From Lingula anatina (Eukaryota; Animalia; Brachiopoda), in the NCBI GenBank assembly GCA_051362555.1, contig CM120640.1:9610001-9674000 (forward strand): a DNA stretch of 64,000 bases, written 5' to 3'. Position numbers and translations under genes: made by a program. Positions 27,826-63,100 of the stretch are shown in pieces (position 1 is the stretch's first letter; the number at the start of each line of letters is the position of its first letter). The notes under the pieces are model-generated. The model ran no database searches, was not told the origin of the DNA, and saw nothing but the letters and a program-made list of their open reading frames with translations.

Positions 27826-30024
27826 CTCATCTCGTCTCAAATGAAGGTTGGATCGAGCAAAGATGCTCAGTCATAAAAATTGAAAAAAAAAAAAAAAACT
27901 GCAAGAAGGATGTTATCCATATGTTTTTCATTCAATCACAATTACTTGCACAAAAGCAAATAAATGTGCAATAAATATTGAATCCGACTTTTAGAAACGA
28001 GTGCTGACTGTACGTGTATTGTGCGTTACGTTTAAATTACATGTTGTTACTTTTGACAGCACTTACAAGTGATGTTTCGGTATTCCGTCGGTGTGATCGT
28101 CTTCAGATTGTTCTCTGCAGCTTTTGGAAGCAGCATTATTTTAGGGATGAAAAATTAACACGCAAAATGCTAAATTAATGTCCTTTGTCATATATTTAGC
28201 AAGAGAGATTTTTAAATAATGTAGAGAAAACTTTTTTCATCGTGTCCTCCATTTTTGAGTTAACGACTCTGTTTTGAAAGTATAATACAGCGGACTTCAA
28301 GAAAAAAGACGCAGGCAAGATGGATCTACCATACACGTGTTAATGAAAGTCAATGAGCTGTGGTATAATCAAATTACGACCCTTGTCGGCAAGGTGTGCT
28401 TGACGGCCCTTTACGATCGTTGATTTTGCTTACTATTATATAACTCATTGGAACTTGTGAGTAAGTCTTTCACCTGCCTCAAAAAAAAAAAAAAAAAAAA
28501 AAAAAAAAACAAAAACAAACAAAAAATGTTCCGAGTGTTTGTATCTTTTGCTAAGTTCCAAAAATGCAGAATATACACAGGTCCTTATTAGTGCCTCCTC
28601 AATCCCTCCAGTGGTAGATGTGAGTCCGGGTACGCGTTAATTTTTACCGCTCAGTTTTCGCTGAATCGATTTCCTAATCTTCACATACTCATTCTCAGTA
28701 TATAGGTACATTTGAAGAAAACAGAAAAGTGACAAATAAAGTTAAAGATATAGTTGCGAATTTTGCTTTTTTCTAAATCTCTGATGACAGAAAGTGATAA
28801 ATCTAGGATTTTTTACAAACCATTGAATCCATGCCTTGCTAGTATGGGGACAAAGCAACGAAAGGTTTGCCCATTTTGGTAACGAAAGTATTAAAAATCA
28901 CCCTTTTGGATAATATTTGCACGTTATTAAAAAGAAAAAAAAATGTATTAGGGTATTAGGCCTACGCGATGCATGTTTATTTTAATGGCAGATTTTGTCC
29001 TCAACATCAAGTATAATATATTTTTTCACAATGCATGGTAACGAAGGTTTGCAAATTACTTTCTGTGGGAATGCACTTATGGGGTGTTTCGTCTAAAACA
29101 TTTGACGTACTGTGTCCTCTCACCATATTTTCTTGCTTATGCTCATTAATGTCTAAACTATCATTGAAAAGCATCAAACAAATAAAAAATAATGAGGTGC
29201 GCCAAAACAGGTAACGAATTTTTTTTTCAATTTTTTAAAAATCCGGCAACGCTCATGAAAGTAGCCGCAAGCTATTTATTATTTAAAATAAACATTTAAG
29301 ACATTGTCTAATACGTAAGACACCATACTCGCTTCCTGACAAGTTGCAGATTTTCAACTTTAGTAAAAATGAATTAGATCGATTGCAGAATGTGACACAG
29401 TAACGAATTAAGGAATTACGAGCTCCTAATTAATAAACAAAGGCATTATTTTGCTTTGTCAACATTAAAATCTGAACTAAGGCTTTTAAGGAAAATTGCT
29501 GACAGGGTTTTGGAGTACACAATGATGACATTCATTCGTCGGTGAAATTATATTTGTGTGTAAAGGAGAAATATGAGAAACCGATTTTCCACTTTTATCT
29601 CTCCCATTCAGACATGCTTTCATAAACATATGCTGGGGGGGGGGGGGGTCTGATCTAGTGCACAAATAAAAAAGTATATGTAAACACGTTTCCTTAAAAG
29701 GCGGGATAAAATGCTGAAAATGGACGCGCTTGTGAGATGTATTTCATTAGCTTGAATGCGTTTTGGTCATGTATATTTGCTCCCTTACTGCTCGTTACCA
29801 ATCAGCTCTTCCATCCCAGCTGAGGCAGTAGCTGAGGCCTTTTGTCCAGAGACGGGAAGGTAACATTATGCACCAAGATTGTGGAAATTAAATTATGAAC
29901 ATTTTTTAATTTACACATTCTGTTAAATATTCGGTGGTAAGTTAAAACTTTATGCATAAAGATGCGATACGATGATTGCGTCCCGACCGCGACTGCAATT
30001 TGCGTTCCAAGTTTTATATCAGTT

Positions 30025-30057
30025 AGGAAGTGAGCCTCGTTTGGAAAAAATAACATC

Positions 30058-30063
<6 letters not shown>
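30025..30063 (+). promoter_or_regulatory. TPR proximal promoter/start: ETS-like AGGAAGTG and YY1-like CATGGCG
   Basis: Motifs lie in a CpG-richer segment immediately before the ATG at 30058; function is inferred. Confidence 0.4.
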
Positions 30064-54396
<24,333 letters not shown>

Positions 54397-54683
54397 GATA
54401 ATTTGCCTATTTATACATGTATACATTCAGAATATTTGGGTCTTGGGTGTTTTAGAAGTGAAAGGTTGGACAGTGAACCCATTGAATTTTAAAAGATTAG
54501 TGGTTTACAATATCACTAACAAGATTAAAAAAGAAAAACATGAAAATGCACTGAAATTTATGATTTAGTGCTGAAAGAATTAATGGATAAACAAATTGCA
54601 TATTGGTACATATTAATATTGATATCAAACGAGTGACTGTAGGTTCAAAGGAAGGATTTTGTGTACCTGTTTTACTGGAAATC

Positions 54684-54689
54684 AATAAA
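54684..54689 (+). terminator. Candidate TPR polyadenylation signal AATAAA
   Basis: First canonical AATAAA after the stop at 54396. Confidence 0.4.
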
Positions 54690-55342
54690 GTGAAGCTAAT
54701 GTATAATGTATAAGTTGTATTGTACTTTGATTGCCAATAGCAGAAACAAGTCAATATTCTTGCTTTGAGGGGGTGCATTGCTGGGTATTAAGATTGTACA
54801 AAATCACTTTTAATAGGTATAGTAGAGAATGTGAAAATGTGGCATTTTCGTCATTCAAAGAATGAAGGTAAAACTTAAGTAAGACTTTACAACAAACATG
54901 TTTGATGATAAAATGGTTTTTATTTACAAATACTTATACGAAATGGTGCACTGTTACAGCTTACAGCTTCAATCTTACTACACAATTTTATTTACAATAT
55001 CAATTATTTTCACGATCTTGACCAACAATGGACAGAAATGTATTTAACTAATTGAAAGGTGTTGATATACTTGTCTAAAATAATTTAAAAGCTTGAGCAA
55101 TCAAAACAATAATGGGTCTCCAAAATCCATTTTAAACTGTATGGTTTTCTATAAATGAGGCATCCTTTTTTTTCACATATAAAGCAAAATATCTTGGGTG
55201 AGCAAAAGATGAAAGATTTAAATGTTGAATGTGTTCAAGATTTTTGAACCAGCTAGTACTGCCAGTATGTCGGGGGAAAAAAAGTCCAGTCCAGAGATAG
55301 TTTTGATGAAAGTCTGCATTTTTAAAATGTCACTTCTAAAGT

Positions 55343-56512
55343 TTATGCCAAAACTTGCGTCCTCTCGCGCTCAATTCCTGTCAAACTTATGTTTCTGTCT
55401 GTGGAAGAAAAGGGACGGATGGTCAGCTTCTTGCGAGTATCCATGCAACGGTTGTCCAACATAAGAGAATTAATTTTACAAGCAAGGTCTTCATTAATCC
55501 TGTGAAGGTTCTGCTCAAGTCCATCCAATGCATGTCTGAAGGGGAAAAAGGTAACAATAAATGAATGATCAAGTTATAAACCTGTTGATTAGAAAAATGT
55601 AAGAGTAAAAATGAAATACGTTTGGATAGGCTTTAACGTTGATATTTCATTAATAACCCCCCCCCCCCAAAAAAAAAGTATTAAAAGTAGTTTCTCATAG
55701 CACTTACTTAGCCTGTCTGAGCTTCTCTTCTAGTCCTTTCTTTGTGGCTTCCAGCTGTTTTACTTCATCAGTCAGGCCATATTGCACATGGTCACGGCAG
55801 AGCTCAACATTAGGTCTGTATGTTCTGTTCTCTAGTCGTGTCTGTGCAAGTTTCATAGGGTTGATCTTGTCACGAATAGCTCGCTCGATACCTCGGATAT
55901 CCTCCTCAAGCTGGGCAATCTCTTCTTCAGTCTGGAAGGCCAAAAACATGCACATGAAGTTTGTATTCAGTATTTTAAAAGTTACATGTAAAACATGCTG
56001 GAAGCTAAGGTTAAACTTTCACTGTTGGAAAAATTACAACAATTAATTTTTAAAAATCTGATAAGGGATTCGGAACAGTTAAAAAAAACTTGGAATTTTT
56101 ATAAATTTAAAATAAAAATTAGTTTTTTTTTCTGAACATAACAGTTTCCATGTCTAGAATGTTAAATTTACTTACATTTTGCTTCTGCCACTCAAGTTCT
56201 CCCTTGGCCCTCTCAGTCTCGTGGATTCTCTTCCTGTAAGCATACTCTGTAGCCAGACGCTGAGCCTCCAGATCATTAGCTGTCTGCTGCAGGGTATGGT
56301 GTATGGCTTCACGAAGACGGGTGGAAGCATTCATTTCTGCTTCAGCACGTTCTTTGTTGTAACGACTGAAGTCTTCCCAGTTTTGAGGAGTCACACTCCT
56401 AAAATGAGTGAGTAATTTAGATTAATTCCTGTGCTTCATATTGGATTTAACTTAACCTGAGTTGCAATTGAATTAAGTTAATGCAACTGATAGCATTTAA
56501 TTTCTATTATTT

Positions 56513-56557
<45 letters not shown>

Positions 56558-57393
56558 AATTGATTAAACTTACCCCTTTGGTACCCTAGTAGGATCTGGT
56601 TTGAAGCTGATGAGTGGAGATCTTTCAGTCAAGTTGTATTGGTCTACATCAATTCCAAGGGCAATGTTCTTGTCTTGAAGATCCATGATGATCTGCTGGC
56701 GAGCCTCTTGCAGCAAGCAGAGCTGTTCAAATGCCTCAGAGCATTTTTGCTGCAACTGCTTTTTAATGCCATCAATAACTTCTACTTCCTGTAATGAAAG
56801 AATAATTTTATTTCTTTATCAAGATTTTAAACAGGATAACGAACACAACAATGCAAGGATTAACTTAAATAGTGAGATTTTTTTTTTTTTTGACAATTAG
56901 CCAGTACAATTTTTATTTTATAATTAAAACTGAACTCTGTACAATTCTTACTGTGTTTATTAATAGTTTTAATTTTTACCTTGTGTAGTTGTGCTTCCAC
57001 TTCATCTGATACTAAATCAATAGCCTGCCTTCCTTCACGGATTGTTAGGCACTCAATTGCAACATCTGTGGGTACATTCTTGGCTTCCAAAGCGAGCTCA
57101 GTTTGCTCTTTAGATTCTGACAGATCAGCAATTTCCTTATCTAAATCAGCCAAACATTTTTCTAAAATTTCCTTCCATTTTCTTATATCATCTACTCGAT
57201 CAGATAACCTAGTGTTATTATCATGTTGGTCCCATTTGGTTCTGTTGTCGGTTTCATTACGGAGGAATCTAGACTCCTGTCGTACTTGGTGTGAAGATTC
57301 TCTCTGGCGTTCAGCATTAGTAGAAATGGTGTAGTTTGATGTAAACCAATCTGATGGAGCAAATCGTGTGGCCGGCTTAACTTGAGTAGCCAT
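55343..57393 (-). CDS. TEKT2: Tektin-2 (tektin B1), 422 aa
   Basis: Exons 57393-56980, 56788-56574, 56398-56176, 55931-55708, 55535-55343 total 1269 nt in frame. The N-terminus MATQVKPATRFAPSDWFTSNYTISTNAERQRESSHQVRQESRFLRNET matches TEKT2, and the tektin signature RPNVELCRD is present. A probable non-coding first exon ends at 57693 (CAG|gtaagt), with the acceptor before 57408. Confidence 0.96.
56517..56553. repeat. (TA)n microsatellite
   Basis: Seen directly. Confidence 0.9.
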
Positions 57394-57767
57394 TTTTTTC
57401 TGGTTATTCTAAAATAATATATCTGAAATAAGATTTGACAACACATGTTATTATTAAAGAAAAAATGTTTGGTCTATTAACATACATTTGCTATTTTCTG
57501 AATGAATGATAACATAACAGGAATACGTACAATACATCACCCTTTCAATTTGGTCGCAGGAATATCTCTAATCCAAATAGCATATAACCAAAAATTACAA
57601 AACAAAATATGTGACCAACTTATCTAGATGAGTGTATTACATATGCTCATCCCGTTTGTTGACATCGGTTATCTGTTACAGACAACACTTACCTGTCTAC
57701 CGCTTAGCTGCTTTCGTGTACTGTTGCCGTGCCTCGTGAAGCAAAATATAAAGTGAATGGTTTGTTG

Positions 57768-58139
57768 GTTGTCAGGCAAACACAAAAGAGCCAGGGATCA
57801 AACCAAGGAGGTTTTCTATGCTTTGATCTGATTGGCTGTCACTCCTAGGCATAACCAATAGCAGGTATCTTGATATACAGGTGACAGATATTTTGTTTGT
57901 GCCACTGTGTCATGGTAACTGCCGCTACATGGCGCTAAATGCAAGAAAAGTAATGCCTTTACTTATACATCTAATTTCTATTTACATTAAAAACTTAAAA
58001 TTTAATTCTCAGAATTTATAATATAAACAAATATTCTGGAGAGCGGTTTTTACAAGAAACAAGACTATTTTCGGATGAAAAACTAATAGGTTGTATTTCT
58101 TGATCTATTGCGCCACCTATACCAACATGATGCGGAAGT
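57768..58139. promoter_or_regulatory. Bidirectional TEKT2/ATRAID promoter: two RFX X-box-like sites, two CCAAT boxes and an ETS site
   Basis: GTTGTCAGGCAAAC at 57768-57781; GTGTCATGGTAAC at 57907-57919; ATTGG at 57831 and CCAAT at 57855; CGGAAGT at 58133-58139. Confidence 0.55.
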
Positions 58140-58163
58140 TGGTTTATTTTGATTCGTTTTGAC

Positions 58164-59815
58164 ATGGGGCACTGCAGGTTGATTGTTGATGTTTTAATTA
58201 TATTTATTTCAACATCAACTGCAACATTAGATGACCATATAGTAAGTACGACCAGTGCCTGAAACATCTATGAATGTATGGACTTATTATGACTGATCAA
58301 ACCGATCACACATTAAAAAAAATTCTTTACTGTGCAGTGATGAGTGAACACACACGAGTGAAGTTTGCACCTCTTTGTATACTCCACACTTTTCACTTTG
58401 TTAACAATTTTGTCACTGGTGTTGTTTTGATATATTATCATTAAATTTGTAGAATTTAACTGATTTATGCAAACAAGCTTGCTTATCTTTTTCTTTTTTC
58501 ACCATTATTTGGGTTGGGTAGGTTGGGGTAAGCCGTAAGGTATCTCGTCTATGGCAGATTATTTTTTTTTAATTCTTAAAAAGTTAGTCATGCATGTAGA
58601 AAATTGGGGCTGCAGTAAAATTGCAGACCTTAACATACTCAGAATTCTGTCACCAGGACTCATTTTTGTTACTAGGCATGGTAGAGTACTAGTTAGAAAA
58701 ACATGCATTAGAACGTTTGAGGTTGATCATTCAGATTAACATTTGTACAAACATCTTTTTCTTTCAGCCAAAGGTGTGCAGCTATGCTTCTTGTCAGCAG
58801 ATGAGTAACAGTAGTTCTGTATTTAATTATTGTAAAACACAAAATATGACAATCAGTGGGAGATGTTGCTTCAATTCCACGACTGAGGGGTCACATACCC
58901 TTGCAGGGTAAGATAGACCATTCATAAACACAATTTATTTAAAGATTATACTTCATTTCACACATTTTTGAAATTGATAATGTATTCATGTAAATAACTA
59001 CACACACACACAATTATTAATTTTAATACTGTAAAAACTGTCAAGATACCAAATAAAATAAGTACCTGATTTAGTTATATGTGCATAGTGAGTCATTATT
59101 TATTATAATGTTATCTATTATCCTTTTTAGCATAGACTTGTCCTTTTGTAATATATCAAGGGAGCAGCTAAAGACATTTAAAACAGATCTCAAATTGGTG
59201 CAATATTTGTAAGTATTGTGACAACATTCTATTCACAATTTAATATGTTGCTGTATTAGTCTGACTTTTGTTGATTTTGAAATGAAAATTAATGTTGTCA
59301 TAACTTCTAGCATCCCTGAAAGGAAATTTGATTATTGATTACATTGCTCTTTTGTACTCCAGGGTTTTAGATGCTAATCCACTGTATAACTGCAGTGTAG
59401 AAGACTTTAGAGGTTTGACAGATTTATATTTTTTGTAAGTATTTTTAGATTATTTTTGAAACAGCAAAACAGGTATCAAACTCATCTTGTTAATTTGGGA
59501 TCATTTCTATTGTTAAAGTTACTCTAAGATTTCTTAAAATGACAAATCATGAAGTTTATTGCTGTAATAATTAATTTCATCTTTTTTTGCTTCTTTTGAA
59601 ATGCTCAGATGCATTGTAGTGAAATGTGTTTGTCTGTGCCTTCTTTGACATATATGTGAAGCTTGTTCTGGTTTATAAAGGCAATTTGATTCATTATTTC
59701 AGGAGTGTGCCAACCACCTGTTCTTGCCCTGGAGAGCTGACTGCATGGGAAGACATCACTATTCAAGGAAATATAACAACATGCCAGGGACAGATCACTT
59801 GTAGACAGGATTTAG
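58164..59815 (+). CDS. ATRAID: All-trans retinoic acid-induced differentiation factor (ATRAID/APR-3), partial; EGF and transmembrane exons expected beyond the right edge
   Basis: Exons 58164-58241 (signal-peptide-like MGHCRLIVDVLIIFISTSTA), 58768-58907, 59131-59208, 59363-59434 and 59703-59815 are in phase. YCK..MTISGRCCFN..GIDLSFCNI..VLDANPL..FRGLTDLYFLSVP...CPG...AW..I....CQGQ matches the ATRAID Cys/LRR pattern. Exon 1 is the least certain. Confidence 0.85.
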
Positions 59816-59824
59816 GTCAGGACT

Positions 59825-59968
59825 GCTTAATTGTCTGGCCCGCCCCTCCAGAAGCTATTAAAGAAAATTACCCCCTAGTTTCTGGAGGGGGCAGGCCTGA
59901 CAATTAAGCTGATTACATTGAGTGCACTTTAGCAAGAATTCCCATGGAGATAGATCGATCCTGCTAGT
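59825..59968. mobile_element. Foldback element, copy 3 (left arm truncated)
   Basis: gcttaattgtctggcccgcccctccagaagcta pairs with tagtttctggagggggcaggcctgacaattaagc; ends in gatcgatcctgctag like copy 2. Confidence 0.7.
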
Positions 59969-59990
59969 CCCATAACTTTTAACCTGAACA

Positions 59991-60088
59991 TTTTTTTTAA
60001 ACATCTTTATTCTCAAGAGGGTTACATATTGATACAGTATAAATAAAGGTGGCAATTCGCCTAGGCATTATATGCTCACCTTTGAAAT

Positions 60089-60130
<42 letters not shown>

Positions 60131-63100
60131 TTCAAGAAAAAGACGGTGACGAGGACATGAATGGCATTAGAGGGGAGTGAGGGACAGGGCATGGGGGAAA
60201 GGTAATTATGGGGGGGGCAATGGGCCATCAGGAGAGAGTGGTAGGCGCCAGAACAGAAATGGAAGAAGATTCAGACATTTTTGATTAAGAAATCTGACAC
60301 TATTTCGAAAATCGTCGTTTTGTCCAGATGTTAGTGTTTTATGGCCATGTAGGAAGAGGGATATCTTATCTAGTTGGGTTCTGAAATATGCATAAGTTAC
60401 ACCAAGTATATCTTCAACAGATTCGTAGAGATCACGATATTTCCTCTGTTTCAGTGGGCATTGAAAGAAAAAATGTCGGATAGTTTCGGGTTTCCCACAT
60501 AAACAGTTGGGAGAAGCCATAGCTGTCCAGTTGTGGTCATATAGTTGGGCTCTAAATAACAAATCGACTCGGGCCTTATTTAGGATTTTTTCATTTTGTC
60601 TCGGAAGCTTCAGATGGGTAGTGGACATTGTTGCTGGGAAGGTTTCATTTCTAAGGTTATACTTAAGGGAGGATGCAGAAGGAAGATTTTTTTGAGTGGT
60701 GTTTAGTTCATCCCAGCTTGTCATCAAAAAGTGTTCGGGACCTTTGTATGTGAATTTAGAGGGAATTATGTAGTCTCGTTTAGATGTTGTCCGTAGAGGT
60801 AGCATGTATTTATTTCTAAACGGAATGAAATAGGTAGAGACATAGGAAGGTGCTAGTTGATTGTGGATATTGAACATGATTTTTTTCGCGTGGTTTCTTC
60901 GACGTTCCTCTAGTGAAACCCAGTTCAGCTGTTTCAGTACTTTGCAGCGATTTGAGCCAGGAAGGGCCCCCAGTATATTAAGGCCAGCTTGATACTGGAG
61001 GGAGGATAGCTTTGATAGGTTATGTAGAGACGCGGTGCTATAGAGAACATCGCAATAATCAAGCAAAGGAGAAATGTACGCATTGTAAAGTATGTTAAGA
61101 TGCTTAGATCGTAAAGTTTTAGAAAGCGATTTTAAAGGATTTAGTGCACTTTGGGCCTTGCTTAAAGTATATGTAATATGCTCGGAACAGTCAAGTTTAT
61201 GATCAAGAATAAACCCAAGGTGTTTGTGGTATTTTTTCTGTGTTATAGCCGTGTTGCATAGAATAAGTGGACTGTACTTTTCTACATTTTCTTTTTTCGT
61301 AGTAAAAATCACTTCATTGCACTTTTTTGGTTTAAAAAATAATTTCCACTTCACTGACCATGCTTCAAGGTATGAGATATCAGACTGGAGAATGTCATGA
61401 GCTCTCCTGTTGTCCGGGGTAGACGGGAGAAAAATCGAAGTATCATCAGCATATATGAAGCAGTGCAAGATAAGACCATCAGGTAGGTCGTTTATATACA
61501 GAAGAAATAGAAGCGGGCCGAGTATACTTCCTTGCGGAACACTGGTATTGATGTAGTTTGTCTCGGAGACCTTTGAAAGGGTACCGTTTATGCGCACTCT
61601 GATTTTCCTATTGTTCAGATAAGAGGCCAAGAGAGAGTGCAGTTTACCTCTAAAACCATAGGATATAAGTTTCAGCAATAAGAGACTGTGAGGTACGCTG
61701 TCAAATGCAGCAGCAAAATCGAGGAAAATACCTCTAGTATCAAGACCATTTCTGAAATTGTCCCTAATCAGATTATCAATCGAAAGCAATTGATATTCTG
61801 TGCTGTGTCCACTCAGGAAACCCGATTGTCTGTCATAGAGAAGTTTATTGTCCATAACATGCCTAATCATTCTCGTATATATGATCCGCTCTAGGACCTT
61901 AGATATAACGCTTAACAATGAGATAGGTCTATAGTTTTCTACGTCAGTTTTGCTGCCTTTCTTGTGCACTGGGCATATATATGCCTCTTTCCATATGTCT
62001 GGAAAGACGCCGGTTTGTAGTATCAAGTTAAAGAGGGTGCATAGCGGATAAGCAATGGATACACTGCATAATTTTAACATTCTTACTGTTATACCGTCTG
62101 GTCCGTTGGCCTTGGATGAGTCCAGGCTATTTATTATACAGCTTATTTCTTCGGGTGTTGTGTCGAGATCGGTTAAAATAACATCTGTTCTTTGTGGGAA
62201 AGTGATATTTGTATCACAGTTTTGATTATCAGAATGGTAGCTTTTGCCAAAGTGATTTAGGAAGACCTCAGCTTTTTCTTCGTCAGAATTAGCAACATTA
62301 CCGGTATTTACATTTCCAATCACCGGAATTGACCGATTGAATTTATTACCCAGAAGTTTTTTCAATGTTGGCCAATAGTGTTTCTTACTATCTGTTTTAG
62401 CTTCAAGTGCTTCGATTAGGCTTTTATAATAAGAGTCTTTAGTTTCAGATATTAACTGCTTCACCAGGTTACTTTGGGCAACATAGCTGGCGATGTTTAC
62501 TTGCGACGGGTTCAGTTTTACACGTTGGTACAATTTTCTCTTTCTATTTAATTCATGTGTAATTTTGTCATTGTACCATGGGTTCTCATTTCCACGTACT
62601 TTACTATGTTTTCTTGGGATATGTTTTTCAAATATGGACATAAGCGTATCGATAAATTTTTTAGTCAGCAGGTGGACATCGGACTCGAGTTTAAACATGC
62701 CGTCCCAGTCGAACTGGGTTATTTCGGTTTTTAGTCCTTCAGGGTTTGCATGGTCGTACTTCCATATAGTTCTATAGTAAGGCGAATGCTTACAGAGAGT
62801 TATATCTATGGAGGTCACTAATGTAGCATGGTCTGTGCGTCCAATCGGTGCTTCCACAGAAGATCTTAGTACCAGGCCGGGAATGTCAGTCACAGTCAGG
62901 TCAATGCATGAGACAGAGCTTCCTTGAATTCGGGTTGGCTCATTTATTAACTGGTCAAGGCCATGTTCGCAAAATATGTCGCTTAACATTCGACCTGGCA
63001 CGTCATCACCTCCCTCCAGAAACCATTGTCTGTTATGAGCATTAAAATCGCCATTTATTATGATTCCGTCATGCCGAGAGCGTCTTGTTTTCTCAAGGCA

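Noticed and set aside
57929-57949. ATGGCGCTAAATGCAAGAAAA|gt as ATRAID exon 1
   Set aside because: Encodes no signal peptide; 58164-58241 has a hydrophobic leader, a stronger gtaagt donor and the correct phase.
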